Below are positions 1 to 14,228 of a stretch of 64,000 bases of DNA, piece after piece. The stretch comes from Octopus sinensis (lineage: Eukaryota). Position 1 is the first letter of the stretch, and the number at the start of each line of letters is the position of its first letter. Below the pieces are notes generated by a model. That model was not told the DNA's origin. It worked only from the letters and a program-made list of their open reading frames with translations, and searched no databases. The stretch covers positions 76,322,001 to 76,386,000 of the forward strand of contig NC_042999.1 of NCBI RefSeq assembly GCF_006345805.1. Reading direction: 5' to 3'. The translations under genes were made by a program, and so were the position numbers.

Positions 1-47
<47 letters not shown>

Positions 48-75
48 AGTGTGTGTGTGTGTATGTGTGTGTGTA

Positions 76-242
76 TACGACGGGCTTCTATCAGTTTCCC
101 TTTAACAAATCCACTCATAAAGCTTTGGCCGACTCAAGGCTATAAGTAGAAGGCACTTCCGCAGGATATCACACAGTGGGACTGAAGTTGTAACCAGGTG
201 GTTGCGAAGCAAACATCTAACCACGCAGTTACGCCTACACCT
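76..242 (-). mobile_element. tRNA-derived SINE, family B (CORE-like), 5' part, diverged
   Basis: Reverse complement aligns by eye to the 5' half of the full copy at 55695-56066 (head, then ...gaagcccgtcgta followed by TA/TG repeats). Confidence 0.7.
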
Positions 243-974
243 ACAAATAGATTATATATATTTTACTAAATGTATATTTTAGTAAATGTATTTTGACTGA
301 AAATATTATTGACTTGAAAATAATATTGACTTAATTACTCACTGCCTCAATTTTAACAACAATACACTTAAATATATTTAGATACGGCTGGTAGATATGT
401 AGAAGGCAGGTATGTAGGAGTTGGGTAGTTAGGTAGGCAGGTAGGTAGAAAGGTAGCTAGGTAGGTAGGAATATAGGATGGTACTTGTTGACAATTGATA
501 TAGTGAAAGTTCTATCTTTACTCTCCTTCCCTATCGCCTGGTTACTTCTACAATCATTTTTATTCTAATCATACTTCTATATAAGGAAATATCAAAGCCT
601 CTATCTTTGTTATTTTTACACATAAAATATTTGCATAATAGATCTCGTACTTAAATAAACCGCGCTGTTGTTGACGGGTATTTTGATGCGTGTGTATGTA
701 TTATTTTGTTGTTTGTGTGACATGAAAAGAAATACACGATGAAGACTTTGGTACTGTGGCAGAGTTGTGTCTGCGTATCTTTACTTGCAAGCTGAATCGA
801 GTGTGTTCCAATTAGTATATATCATTGTTTATGGTGTTCTGATTGTCGTATGCATTAGCAGTATGTGTAAGGATGTACGAGGGAGGATGCTTGCAGAAAC
901 TTGTTTCTTTAGTAACCAAGTATTGGTTTACAGACATTCTTATCTTATTCTCCTATCCCTCCCTACAAACCAAC

Positions 975-1385
975 TGCTATCATCACCATCATTATCATTA
1001 TCAACACCATTACCTATATTACTATCACCAACTTACCTTTCTATAACCAACACGGACATTGTCATAATTATATCTACACTCACTACCGCCGCCTGCCATT
1101 ATCAGCATCACTTACAATGGTATTACAATCGCCGTTATATCCACCATTGTCACTATAACACTACCATCAACAGAGCGTCAACATCTGTCATCATCAACAA
1201 CATCATCATCGCCGCGGAAACCACCACCATTACCAACAGCAGTAGCACCACTACAGCCATCACTACCACCACCACAACCATCATCATCGTCACCACAACC
1301 ATCATCATCATTATCATCAACACCTCTATCAACACCACCACCGCCATCGTCATCCTCACATCTCCACCACCATCAGCATCATCAC

Positions 1386-1420
<35 letters not shown>

Positions 1421-3090
1421 ACAGATTAATTATCTCGACCAACATGACCATGAATAAAATGAAAACCACAATCTGAACATTACAATGAGTGACTCCTTCG
1501 TCAGTAACATCACTGTCACCCTCGTAATTAAATCAACGTCATATAGCCACCAGTATAAACATCATCATTGCAGACAACATCAACATCACAACCACCACCG
1601 CCAACACCAATAAGCAACAACAACAATACAGTATAGATACCATTGCGCACGAAAAATATGTATAAAAGAACACTGCAAGCGACACTGATTAGACGCCAAC
1701 AACTTATGACAAGCCACAACCACTACTACGACCATTACATCACCAACACCAAATCACCACCACCACCACCACCACCACTACCAACAACAGAACCAACACC
1801 ATGACTACTATCATTCCGGAAAACACTACAAGTATCATCATTTTCTTTTGCTACTACCACTACCACTGTCCCAATCAACGTCAACATTACCATCAATACC
1901 ATGGCTGCCACCTCCATAAAAACAATTAGTGTAAATACGTCCACTACTACAACCACTACTAATGCTGTTCCAAGCAATGTCAACACCACCACTATGAGAA
2001 CTATCACGACAGCCACCATTCCTACTGTCGCCAGAACAATAATCTCTAGAGGAACCATCAGCAACATGGCTACAATCACCATCTTCATTATTACACCAAT
2101 GCACGCTAACACTACCACCACTAGAACCAATACCAACACTGACGCCACCGCAACCACTACAACCGAAACTATTACAATACACGAAAACTGCTAGTACTAC
2201 AACCAAAACACAACCGCTACAACGCAAACCACCAACACCACCACTACCACCATAGCGAAAGCAACCAGAACTGAAACTAAAATTACTATTACATCCAAAG
2301 CCACAACCACTACCACTAGCACAACCAAACCACATCTACCACGACTACAGCCATAACTACCACCCAACCAGTACAACCACTACAGCCAAAACTACCACTA
2401 CAATAAAAGCCACAACCCAAAACTACAACCATCACCGCACAACCATAACTACCACTACAGCCCAAACTACCAGCACTATAACAAAAAGTACTACTACAAC
2501 TAAAGCCACAACCACCACCACTAACACTAATCAAAGCACAACCACCACTACTATAACCAAAACCACAACTACAGTCAAAACTATCACCACTAGAACCAAA
2601 ACTACGACTATAGTCAAAGCCATTAACCACCACCACAACCACCACAATTAGAACCAAAACCATTACCACCACTACATCTAAAACTAGCATCATTACAACA
2701 AAAACTACCACTATAACCAAAACTGCAACCACCACCACTAGCACAACACAAAGCACAACCATTATCACTACAAGTGAAACCACCAGCACTAGAACCAAAA
2801 CTAACATTTATTAGAACCATTATGACCATATGAACAACCAGCAACACAAAAATTCCACAGTCAGCGTCAGCACCATCGAGAAAATCACGAAAACCAATAC
2901 AACAATCTCTATAAGAAACATTATGTTACCACAACTAACATCAACATTACACGAAAATAACGTAGAATCACCACACCACTATAAACACCAGACAACGCTG
3001 TCAGCATCACAACCATTTATACAACTAACGCTATTAACACTACGACCATAATAACCAATAACAGGATCACTGTTGCCGACGTCACCAGCA
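975..3090. repeat. Long degenerate triplet (ACC/ACT/ACA/AAC/ATC) low-complexity tract
   Basis: Strongly A/C-skewed plus strand with 3-nt periodicity; Thr-rich frames are repeatedly broken by indels and stops. Confidence 0.85.
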
Positions 3091-3394
3091 CTATACGAAT
3101 ATGGGCTGTACCAGAAATGAATTACAATGAAAAAGATAGAGGAAAACTAGGAAATTACACTTGGAAAAAAAAAAGGAGGGAAGTAAACAAATAGAATAAG
3201 AAAAAAAGGTACCTCTCTCACCACATCCCAATATTACCTACTAGAAAAATAAACAACAAGCTGACACAACCATAGTTATCATTGCCAAATATCATATCTA
3301 TTCATTACGGCACGTTATTACCATCTACGGGGTTCTAATGGGGCTGAGGAGTGTTAAAACAGTGATTGATATACGTACATACAGAAACGCACGC

Positions 3395-3704
3395 ACGCGA
3401 TCACACACACACACACACACATACATACATGTACATGTGTATATGCTTCTACGTGTCCTTACACAGTTATATACATATATTCATGCACACGTATATATAA
3501 TACACATATTATAAGAACACATACAACATATGTAGGCATAATATATTTGCATGAATGGACGTATACACACACACACACACTCACATATATATATATATGT
3601 TTATACATACGTATGTATATACTTATATATCTATAATTATAGTTATGCCTACATATGTATATACGTATATATGTATGTATGAACATATGTATAAGTATAT
3701 ATAT

Positions 3705-3735
<31 letters not shown>

Positions 3736-3802
3736 GTATATATGCATGTATATATGCATGTATGCATACATATATATATATATGTATGTATATATATGTA
3801 TA

Positions 3803-3842
<40 letters not shown>

Positions 3843-3930
3843 TGTGTATGCATTTGTGTACACGTTTTTATATGTATATAACATATGAATAATGTATATA
3901 TATACAAGTCGTATGTATGTATGTACGTAC
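3395..3930. repeat. Compound (CA)n/(TA)n/(TATG)n microsatellite
   Basis: Directly visible; source of the YIYI-type ORFs. Confidence 0.9.
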
Positions 3931-4395
3931 GGGCTTTTGTATTTACACCTCATTGTATAAAAATGCATTCATGAGGGAAGATGACAATAATTCTCTGCTG
4001 CCAATATGCTTGCATGAAATGCTGTTTGATTTTTTTTCCCCCGGATAATGGTAATAGGTAGTGGTGCTGGTGGTGGTGCTGGTGGTGGAGAACAAGAGGA
4101 TACAGTAGGAGTCATAATAGTAGCTGCTATTATGGTGAGGAGGTGTGGCGTTGCATTTAATTTTTATAGTTTGCTTTTCTTTTATTTTTTTTTCCTGCAA
4201 TTTTCCGGTTATTTTACTCAGCTTTGGTTTTTGATTTCACATATCGTATATTTCTACTTTCTCTTATAATCCTTCCGTCTTTATGCCATGAAATAGCAGG
4301 ATTCAATCGTTATATTATTATATGTTTATCTATCACAATTATGAAAGTTAAAAGTATTTATATATGTATGTCTGCTCATGTATGTACATGTGTGC

Positions 4396-4447
<52 letters not shown>

Positions 4448-4464
4448 ATACATATATACATGTG

Positions 4465-4510
<46 letters not shown>

Positions 4511-5554
4511 CGTGTGAGTGTAAAGAAATTAAGTCTTATGCAAAAATAGAAAAATAAAAACCATGTAGTGAAGAAAAACGGTGGAAAAAAGGTGAAAAAA
4601 CCTACAAGAGTATATAGAAGAAAGACAGAGAAAGGGTGTTGGAAACGAGAGTTAAGAAAGACCCTTGAAACGAAGGCTTATAATAACTGATCGATAACTA
4701 ATAATAAGAATAAAACCATATAAATATATAAAATTGTGAGTGAATGTTTGGTGAATTATGATCGATAATTCGCATATCGCCCAAGTAATAATTGAATAAA
4801 CTTGTGCTTTGTTGATTTCGATCAGGCATAGTTTTTGGCGTCCATAGAATCTATTGATGGCAGTTGACGTCGTATGAGTTGGCCGGTTGACTTGTCGGGT
4901 GGATGGCTCCACGGATGGTTGGTTGGTATGTTGGTCGGTTAGTTGTTTAGATGGTTAGCTGGGTGCGCGATGTGTATGTTCGTATGTGTGTATATGTACA
5001 TACATATATATATATATCCTTCTCTCTCTCACACTTTCTCTCTCTCTCCTTCTCTCTCACGAAACTTCAAATCCTGCCGACGTGAAACATGCCGACATTT
5101 CTAAATTATATTAGAAGCCGTTTTATTAACTTCAATAGGAACTTTTAACAGTGTGGAGTTTATTTATTTTTATATTTATATTTATCGATTTATTTACTTA
5201 TTTAGAGTGAAAATAAAAACAATAATATGTGGCGTGGTAGGTGTTCGCAAAGGATGGGAGAGGGACTGCAGTAATGTACACGAAAATAAAATAACAAGGT
5301 CCGAAGCATGCAGTAGAAGTAACAGAGTGAGAGTGAGAGACAGATAGCGGGGAAGAAGGCTGAAACAAACAGCGAACAATAATAATGACAATTTCCCCAC
5401 CACCACCACCACTGAGAGTATAGTCTTTTCCATCGAACCATGTACTTAACTGGGACCTAAATTTATCGAAAGCGAAAAGGTAAAACACCTAAAAGAGCCG
5501 TAAAAAAATGCTTAGCGTCAACAATTCTGCCATCCAGCGCCCTTAAAAAAAACA

Positions 5555-5772
5555 TTTCTACTAAAAGCACAAGGCCTAAAATTTGTGGGGAGGAGTTTAG
5601 TCGATTACATCGACCCGACAATCCAATTAATATTTATTTCATCGACTCTGAGAGGATGAAAGACAAAGTCAGCCTCGGCGGAGTTTGAACTCAGAACATA
5701 AAGACAGACGAAGCGCCGCTAAGTATTTTGGTATTTTGCCCGGCGTCCTAACAATTCTGCCAGTTCATCGCC
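5555..5772 (-). mobile_element. tRNA-derived SINE, family A (central gcctttcatcctttcggggtcgataaa domain), diverged
   Basis: Colinear with the well-preserved copy at 46897-47128; B-box-like gagttcaaactcc on the minus strand. Confidence 0.75.
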
Positions 5773-5775
5773 TTT

Positions 5776-5846
<71 letters not shown>

Positions 5847-7719
5847 CATTGTTGATTCTGATTTAGACACAAGGCGAGCAATCTTGACAGAAGGGGAGAA
5901 GTGGATACCAACAGATGTACTACTATATTATTTCTTCATTTCATCCAACCAGAAAAGGTGACGGGCAAAGTTAACTTCGGTTAGATTTGAACGCGTAACG
6001 TATAGAGTTGGAACAAATACACAAAGCGCTCTTTTCCCGACTTTCTAACGATTTTGCAAAAAGAAGAAACGTAGGTGGCTAAAAGAAAAAATTATAGAAG
6101 AAAAAAATTAGAAAATTAAAAAGAAAAGCGATCAACAATGGTGACCATGATGAGTATAGTGATGGAGAAGAAAATTAGCTAGGACAAGAAACGGGAGAAA
6201 AAGACACTTCTGAAGCAGAACGAGTGATGGTGAATGGGGGAAAATGTAAGAGGAAAATCTAGATGGTTATAATAGTGATGATATTGGCAAAGATGCTGAC
6301 GATAATAGGGACGACAACAACAACGATGATGATGATGAGGATGATGGCGACAACAACGAAAAGAGAAAATGTGCCGTGGTAGAAACAGAAAAGAAGAATA
6401 AGAAACATGGGTTGGCAAGAGAGGATTGCTTAAAACCCTGGAATTTAATAAAGAAGGCAGGATGCAGCAAGAATGAATATGGCTAACACAAGAACACGAT
6501 GTTGGTTCTGGGTTGTTTTGTTTTTGGCTTTTTTTTTGCGATGGTAGTAGTAGCAATGGTAGTGGGAGAGGGTGCTGATGTTGGTTCTAGAAGAAGTTTG
6601 ATGATGATGAATATGAATACAGAAGAATAAGAAATGAAGAAAAAGAGAAAGAAGAAAGAAGAAAAGAGGTAAGAGGGTGAATAACTAGAAGCTGGTGGAT
6701 GAAATCAAAGAAAGGTAGTGACAATAACTTCTGGTTCCGTCAATAATAACAGCAACCGAAAAGGGATACTTCTTGATCACTATAATTTCCATCTGTATTT
6801 TCATACAATATGCTTTTGTGACTATTTTATATATTTATTTTATTTAGTTATCTATTTTTTGTTCCTGTTGCATCATTGACAATGCTGGTCTGATACTTTC
6901 CTAGTAGTTAGATATTTATTTCTTCATTTTCATATAGCTTTTTAGATTGTTTGCAGCATCGCAACCATTTGCATGGGTCAGTAAACATTCTTTTATGCCC
7001 AGCCATAATCAATGACTTCGTACCCCTCGCTACACCACATTTCCTCTCAAAATATATCTCTAAGGCATATTGGCAATAATCGCTCTCTGCTGTATCGTTT
7101 CGTCGCTAACGCGAAAATTGCTCTTGCTTTAATATCTAAAAATTATTATTTTTATAGTTTTCTTCATTTACTTCTGATCTCAAGGAAACGACAGACACAT
7201 CAACCAAGCTAAAATTAGCAGCCATATTAACAAAATATCGTTATACTGTACTATACATATTATTTTCATCATAATTTGATTTATCTCGTCCAGAAATCTT
7301 TCATGACAGACAATAGCATTATATTGGAACGGGTAGATTCATGAATGAATGAATGAATGAATGAATGAATGAATGAATGAATGAGCGGATGGGTGGATGG
7401 TTTGGTGGTTGCGTGTGTAGATGAGTTGATAGATTGGAAGCATGGATGGTTGGATACTCCTTTTTATTTATTTATTGGCTGCTCCCCTCATTTACTATAA
7501 ACATATTTATCCGTATCCGATCGTCGATGAATAGATGCAATATATTCATGACCTAAGGACAGACAATCTATATTGTACAACATATTTCGCCCTGTTAATC
7601 TCAAGTCCGACCTATATATCTCTCGTCCAATCAAACAAATACACTTGGTAATAATTAGTGCAACGGTCTGTGAGGAACATGGCTGCGTTGGTGACGATTA
7701 TATGTGTACGAAAATCGTG

Positions 7720-7843
7720 GCATTCCGTCGGTTACGACGAGGGGAGTTCCAGTTGATCCGATGAACGGAACAGCCTACTCATGAAATTAACGTGCAAGCG
7801 GCTGAGCACTCCACAGACACGTGTACCCTTAACGTAGTCCACG

Positions 7844-7846
<3 letters not shown>
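7720..7846 (-). mobile_element. 3' tail of SINE family C
   Basis: Reverse complement matches the 3' ~125 nt of 53236-53616 (...gaaccctcgtcgtcgtaaccgacgga). Confidence 0.8.
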
Positions 7847-7916
<70 letters not shown>

Positions 7917-7920
<4 letters not shown>

Positions 7921-8160
7921 AAAAAGTCAAGGTAGAAAATGCTAAAATAATTTAATAAAAAACATTTAAGTACCCGTTTCGGTCATTGAGACCTTTTTCA
8001 ACTGTAAGTATGGAAAACAAATGTTGGAGAAATTAAAAGAAAAGTTTTTAAAAAGAATATTTGCATAGTATTCAAATACAAGGGACATTTTCGCTGTTTC
8101 TGCCTGTCTCTGTCTCTCTTATTTACTCTTGTGGGTTCGAGGTCGTTGTAAATTCTTGTC
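7917..8160 (-). mobile_element. Probable Penelope-like terminal segment abutting (TA)n, with decayed HHR-like core
   Basis: Minus strand acag-TTGAAAA-AGGTC-TCAAT-GACC-GAAAC-GGGTA at ~7967-8005; ends directly in a 70-nt (TA)n. Confidence 0.45.
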
Positions 8161-8313
8161 AGAGAAGGAGAAGAAGAAGCAGAAGAAGAAGAAGAAGAAG
8201 AAGAAGAAGGAGGAGGAGGAGGAGGAGAAGAAGCAGAATAAGAATAAGAATGAGAAGAAGAAGAAGAAGGAGGAGGAGGAGGAAGAGAAGAAGCAGAAGA
8301 AGAAGAAGAAGAA

Positions 8314-8360
<47 letters not shown>

Positions 8361-8462
8361 AGGCGGAGGAGGAGGGAGGAGAAGAAGCAGAAGCAGAAGA
8401 AGCAGAAAAGAAGAAGAAGAAGAAGAAGAAGAAGAAGAAGAAGAAGAAGAAGAAGAAGAAAA
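8161..8462. repeat. Compound (GAA)n/(GAG)n polypurine tract
   Basis: About 300 nt, almost purely purine on the plus strand; explains the poly-R/K/L ORFs. Confidence 0.95.
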
Positions 8463-8891
8463 TAACGCGTGAGTGCTATGATAGTAGATGGATGTAAAAG
8501 GTCAAGTGCTCTCAAAGTGAACTGCTTTGGATGTAGTAGTGATTGAATTATTGAGCTTTCTCTTTTGAATATATTGTTTAGAATATTTGTGTAGGTGTTG
8601 TATGTGTGTGTAATACAAATCCCAACGCCCTAAAAGGAAAAAAAAATAAAAAGGAGAAGGAAATTCACACATGAAGTTCGTCCAAGTTTTCACTATATTC
8701 CACCTATAAGAAATGTATGACTTTTAAATGTTTACTATATCTCACACTGTATCAGCTGATGATTTCTAATAGGTTTATACATGATTACCACAGACTAAAA
8801 ATTTTATCGATTTCGTAATAAATGTGGAACGGCCCAAAGATAAATGATTAGGCTAAGGACACGCACACACACACACACACACACGCACATG

Positions 8892-8942
<51 letters not shown>

Positions 8943-9462
8943 TTCGTATTAAACTAACATATTATTGTATATGTTTTTAGAAGAGTACATATTTAGTTTT
9001 ACAAGGAAAAGAGTGGCCTTACTATCATTATTACTACAGCTAAGGCATTTTCCAGTCATTTCTAGCATCTCAAACGACAGTGCATTTTCTTGAGCTGTAT
9101 ATGAAGTCATCTAATTAGAAAAGAAAAATCAAATTCCAAGCTGTTTCTTGAAAGTTTACATGAAAATTATTTCCTTGTTTCTCTAGCTTAGCATGTTCGT
9201 AGAGTATTAAAAAGTAAATCTTTAACACTTTCCGATCGTAGCCATATCTACCTAATTGTGATAGGTTCTTTTTCCTTTATTTCCAAGCCGAGCATGTCCG
9301 ATACAACGGTGAAAGGAAGCGGAGTTGTGTTTTACATTTATCTAGACGTTGTCTTTCTCCTTTTGCATGATATCAATTTTATCATTCATTGCTCCAGGCA
9401 CAACGAAATTAATCATGAGGAATGTATTAGACTCAAGTTAATCTAATACTCCTCCTCTCCAC

Positions 9463-9534
<72 letters not shown>

Positions 9535-9849
9535 ACATATACGCGGGCGCGTACGCACACACACAAACACTCACACACACACATAATGGGTGTGGGTGAG
9601 TATACACGTGTGTATAAAGTGATGCGGTATTTATTGTGTAGTAGTGAATGCAACTATTCAGATATAGGACTTCATCTACTACCACTGGCTAACAATGTGG
9701 TGACATGGGAAGCAATATAGCGCACGAGTCTCCCCTCACATTACATGGAATTTCCCTCATTAAAAACGTTTACCTAGCTCCCTTCTCAGAATACATGTTA
9801 ACTGGTTACTTTCAAACCCAAAGCTAACTTGGCAAGGATCTCAGGGCAT

Positions 9850-10140
9850 CAGTTACCAGAGATATAGTGTACTATCCATTTCCGTTGTATATGCTTTGAT
9901 ACTTATCAGCCTTGCGAATCCATGAAAACGAAGACTAGTAGTGTATTCTCTGTGATAAACAGAAGCTATGGTAATGTGCTTTAAGGGGTTTCTGCAGATG
10001 GAACATCCGGCAGCACTCTGAGCTGGAAAGACGTACCAGTTTTATTAGGTTACATTTACCACAGCAATTATCACGTTTAAAGAGAAGATAGTGTTACTGG
10101 GAACTGCACATTCCAACACATTACAGAACTTCATTTCGTA
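9850..10140 (+). pseudogene. Highly decayed C-terminus of an R4/Dong-like RLE retrotransposon
   Basis: 10085-10111 translates KIVLLGTAH, matching KIALLGTAH at the end of the young copy at 30576-30815; the rest is barely alignable. Confidence 0.35.
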
Positions 10141-10584
10141 GGCATCCTCTCTATTGTATCTATAATCCTAAAGAGAAAAACATTGAGAATATGACGTAGT
10201 GTAAATTGGCCGGAATATTGTGAAGTCTACTCACAAGGGATTGATTGGCTTAAGGCTCTAGTAGATGATATTTGCCCAACTTATCACGTAACGAAAACCA
10301 GAAATTGCATGAATGCGAAGCAAACTTGTAAGCTACACATATTCATTTATACATTAAATGAGAAATATTTAACGTCATATTTCTAATAAAGGTAATGCAA
10401 ATTTTACACAAATTTATTTAAGTAAATATATACATGAATGCCGTTTACAATATTAAAATTGTATTGAATCATAATTTTTCAGAAAATTATTCATTCCTAA
10501 CTTTTGATGATTTTTTATTCATATTATTCTGGAACATGTATGACTGCGTACATATATATGAAAATTGGAGTGCATACATATTCA

Positions 10585-10667
<83 letters not shown>

Positions 10668-10687
10668 TAGATAGATAGATAGATAAT

Positions 10688-10726
<39 letters not shown>

Positions 10727-10748
10727 TATATATATATATAATATATAT

Positions 10749-10796
<48 letters not shown>

Positions 10797-10870
10797 TGAA
10801 TACATACATACATACATACATACATACATTCATACATACATACATATACACACATACATGCACACACATA
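10585..10870. repeat. Compound (TA)n(GA)n(GATA)n(TA)n(TACA)n microsatellite
   Basis: Directly visible. Confidence 0.95.
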
Positions 10871-11323
10871 TGTATGTGTCTATGTATGACAGGAAAACGG
10901 AATTGTAGAAAGAAAAGTGAGATAAGAGCACATGCAGGTGTGTATTTATATAATAAAGCATACGCATGCTTTGACACGCACATATCATAAGCATGCAATG
11001 TAAATGTATATGATTAACAGCGCTATTTATGTTTGAAAGTTTTGTCTGAGTGAATGCTGAACGTTAGAAATTTTGCAGCTGGTGCTACTCTGCAACTGAT
11101 GCCAGGTCTGGCAATGTGAAAAAGGTTTATAGCCACCAATTATATCATGATTCCCCATAAAAGTCACTTCAGCGTGCTTTGAAAAGACAATGTATTCCAT
11201 AAAATTTTGTTGCATGCTCTTAACCCTTTCTGTCATTCCTCTGCAGAGCACTGCCCTTTCTTCTTCTTCATCTTCTTCTTCTTCTTCTTCTTCTTCGTCT
11301 TCTTCTTATTATTATTATTAGTG

Positions 11324-11376
<53 letters not shown>

Positions 11377-13124
11377 GGTGGTAGTGGTTGGGATTAGAAG
11401 TTGGAGGAGGAGGGGAGCTGGGTAGGAGGACAATTATTGTTTTACTTTCGGCCTTCGTCTAACGTAACATAACTTAATACAGCGATCAGCTCTCATATCA
11501 TCGCCACCATTAACCATATTTCTATCTCCATACTATTATTAATCTCTCTGCAAAGCAATCATTATTATTATTACCTTTACCAGCACCATCCTCTTTGTCC
11601 ATATTTCCACCACATATGATTATCCTTCTATTTGCTATAACACTTGCTATTCCATTGCCAAATCTCTACTTCGTACGTTTTAATAGCACCACGAAAGATC
11701 CTACGTTTCTACCACTACAAATAGAGGAAATCAACTTTCTATTATTTGCACTACTACCATGGACACTATTCAACGAGGAAGGCCTTCACCTAATCGCTAT
11801 AGCTTCGAGAAATAGTTAATTCAAATCTCAACCCACTGTGTATTTAGATTTCACAGTGGACAATCTCGAGCTGGCTACCCTACATATGAGGAATAACGCA
11901 AGCTAGTCACAGCCGAAATGCCTTCGATCAGATAACTGTTCGAGCCAGGGGTTAAATAACAAGAAAAACAGCCGAACATCATAACTACCACCGTGTACTC
12001 TAAACACAATCTGTATTGAGCATCATCACAAAGTCTAGTACAAACACCAATACAACATGAATAGATACATGTCGGTAGTAGACTATGGTGAAGCTGGTGT
12101 GTGATGTTCGACAGCATTGAACGCATCAATGCATACTGATTATCAACAACAGTCTGTTTTATCGGTAGAGAAATCAAAAAGTAGAATCAATCTTTTATGA
12201 TGCTCCATTAGTGATAGTGAAAGAGCTGACAAAATAAATCGCACACTTGTGGCCGTTCCCTCTTCCTTTGTTCGCTTGCCATATGGAGTTGATTAATGAT
12301 CGCTTTGGCATTTTAAAACAGGCTGTTAGTGCGGATAAGACAGCACTGGGCTAGTTAGGATTCTGTGTGCAGGGCTTGGTTGGGTTGGAATTCAAATGGA
12401 ATGGAATGCTTACACTCAAACCAATTATGACTATATGTTTCGATTAAAAATGAGCTGTTCTTTCTTTCTGACAGGCTAACATAAAATTCACGGTTCTTTT
12501 TATTTCGAGTAGCTATTACAAAGTCTTCTAATCTTAGAGACAAGTAGCGAAATAAAGTGGCTCTTATGAATGGTGACAGGAGAAATGTCCTTGTTCTGTG
12601 TATAATTCCCACTTTTCGGCGTTTTGATGTTCTGTCGATTCGATCTGCTTTTGTAATTGCAGATAGCATGTATCAATATTTCGGAATTTCCTAAAAGATC
12701 TGTTTGTGGAGATTTATTTCCATGTCAACGAGAAGTTTGTAATTATAGACACACATTCCTTCACTTGTAAAATATGCCTCTTATTTCCATTCAATAAGTA
12801 TACACTAAAATGTCAATAAAAGAGAGATTTATTGTCAGCTGTTGGTTGTTTTCTTTACGTTAATGTATTAGAATATACACATACATTTATCAACTTCTCT
12901 CCCCTCTCAACCTCACAATTTCTCCCCCCCCTTCGCTTTCTGTGTACGCGAACACACACACACACACACACATAGGTTGATAAACACATTATTACCACAT
13001 GTACGTTTCTCTTAAGATAAAGTGTATAAACATATGGTTCTGAATATACACATACAGAGAAACGGAACGGTTTGTAAGTAGGTAGGTATACATACCTTTC
13101 GATTGATCGATAGGTAAACGGGCA

Positions 13125-13174
13125 GGAAAAAGATAGATAGACAGATATATAGACAGACAGACAGAAAAACAGGG

Positions 13175-13257
<83 letters not shown>

Positions 13258-13350
13258 CAGACAGATAGATCACACAGAAATCCATAAAGCGTAAAAAACT
13301 GATGGAAAAACAGTTCATAGATTATATAAATGTGTATGTGTATAAGTGCA

Positions 13351-13394
<44 letters not shown>

Positions 13395-13460
13395 ATATAT
13401 ATAATACACACACACACACAACACACACACACACACACACACATGTATATATAAGTACAC
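13125..13460. repeat. (GATA)n, (TA)n and (CA)n microsatellites
   Basis: Directly visible. Confidence 0.9.
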
Positions 13461-13739
13461 GCACAGGCATACACACGCATGAATTTATATAAATATAAAA
13501 ACCCTTGCGTACACCTATGATAATAATAAATGTATATGGGCTTAAAGTTGTTTTATATATATATATCATCTATTTGTGTAAGTGCGTGTACGTCTGCTTG
13601 CGTATTTGAATGTTTATGTCGGGTATTGGTTATATCAATTATATCAATAAACGATTGCCTGTTGTAAAACATTCTGATAATGATTATGAAATATTTATTG
13701 GGAAATTTCTTGTTATAATAGACTCATTACCAATAATGA

Positions 13740-13767
13740 TGGTGGCGATGATGATGATGAACATAAC

Positions 13768-13821
<54 letters not shown>

Positions 13822-13860
13822 AATAATAACAATAATAATAATAACAATAATAATAATAAC

Positions 13861-13902
<42 letters not shown>

Positions 13903-13905
13903 TTC
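13740..13905. repeat. (AAT)n microsatellite
   Basis: Directly visible. Confidence 0.95.
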
Positions 13906-14152
13906 TAACAATGCAACAAAGCCACGCATTTTGTGTGAGATACAATAGATTATATTGATTCCTGTATCTGAATGATATTTTATCGATTCTGGAATGATGA
14001 AAGGTAAAGTCAGCCTAAGCGGTATTTGAACTCCGTATGTAAAGGGACATAACTAAATACAGGAAGGTATTTTGTCTGGCATTCCAGCAATTTTCTTACA
14101 CACCACTCCTTCCTCGCTCCAATTTTATTTTTAGCTGGTTATTCCATTTCCC

Positions 14153-14228
14153 GAGACGCAGTGGCCAACTGGATAAGCTATTCGATTACTTGTTCAGGTA
14201 CCATGAGTTCAAATCCACTGTTGGCAAT
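14153..14228 (+). other. Decayed tRNA-like SINE head
   Basis: A-box-like tggccaactgg and B-box gagttcaaatcc at tRNA-like spacing; no full cloverleaf. Confidence 0.4.

Noticed and set aside
767-1429. 220-aa ORF, the longest in the track
   Set aside because: No recognisable domain; the second half is triplet-repeat read-through, and the start appears to be a non-ATG codon.
8061-8515. Poly-Arg, poly-Lys and poly-Leu ORFs
   Set aside because: Translations of the (GAA)n tract; the same holds for all YIYI, CVCV, LSIY and poly-I/N/Y ORFs elsewhere.
12355-12760. Possible exons after acceptor-like ttctttctttctgacag and ttttgtaattgcag
   Set aside because: Frames close quickly, with no convincing donor and no recognisable protein motif.
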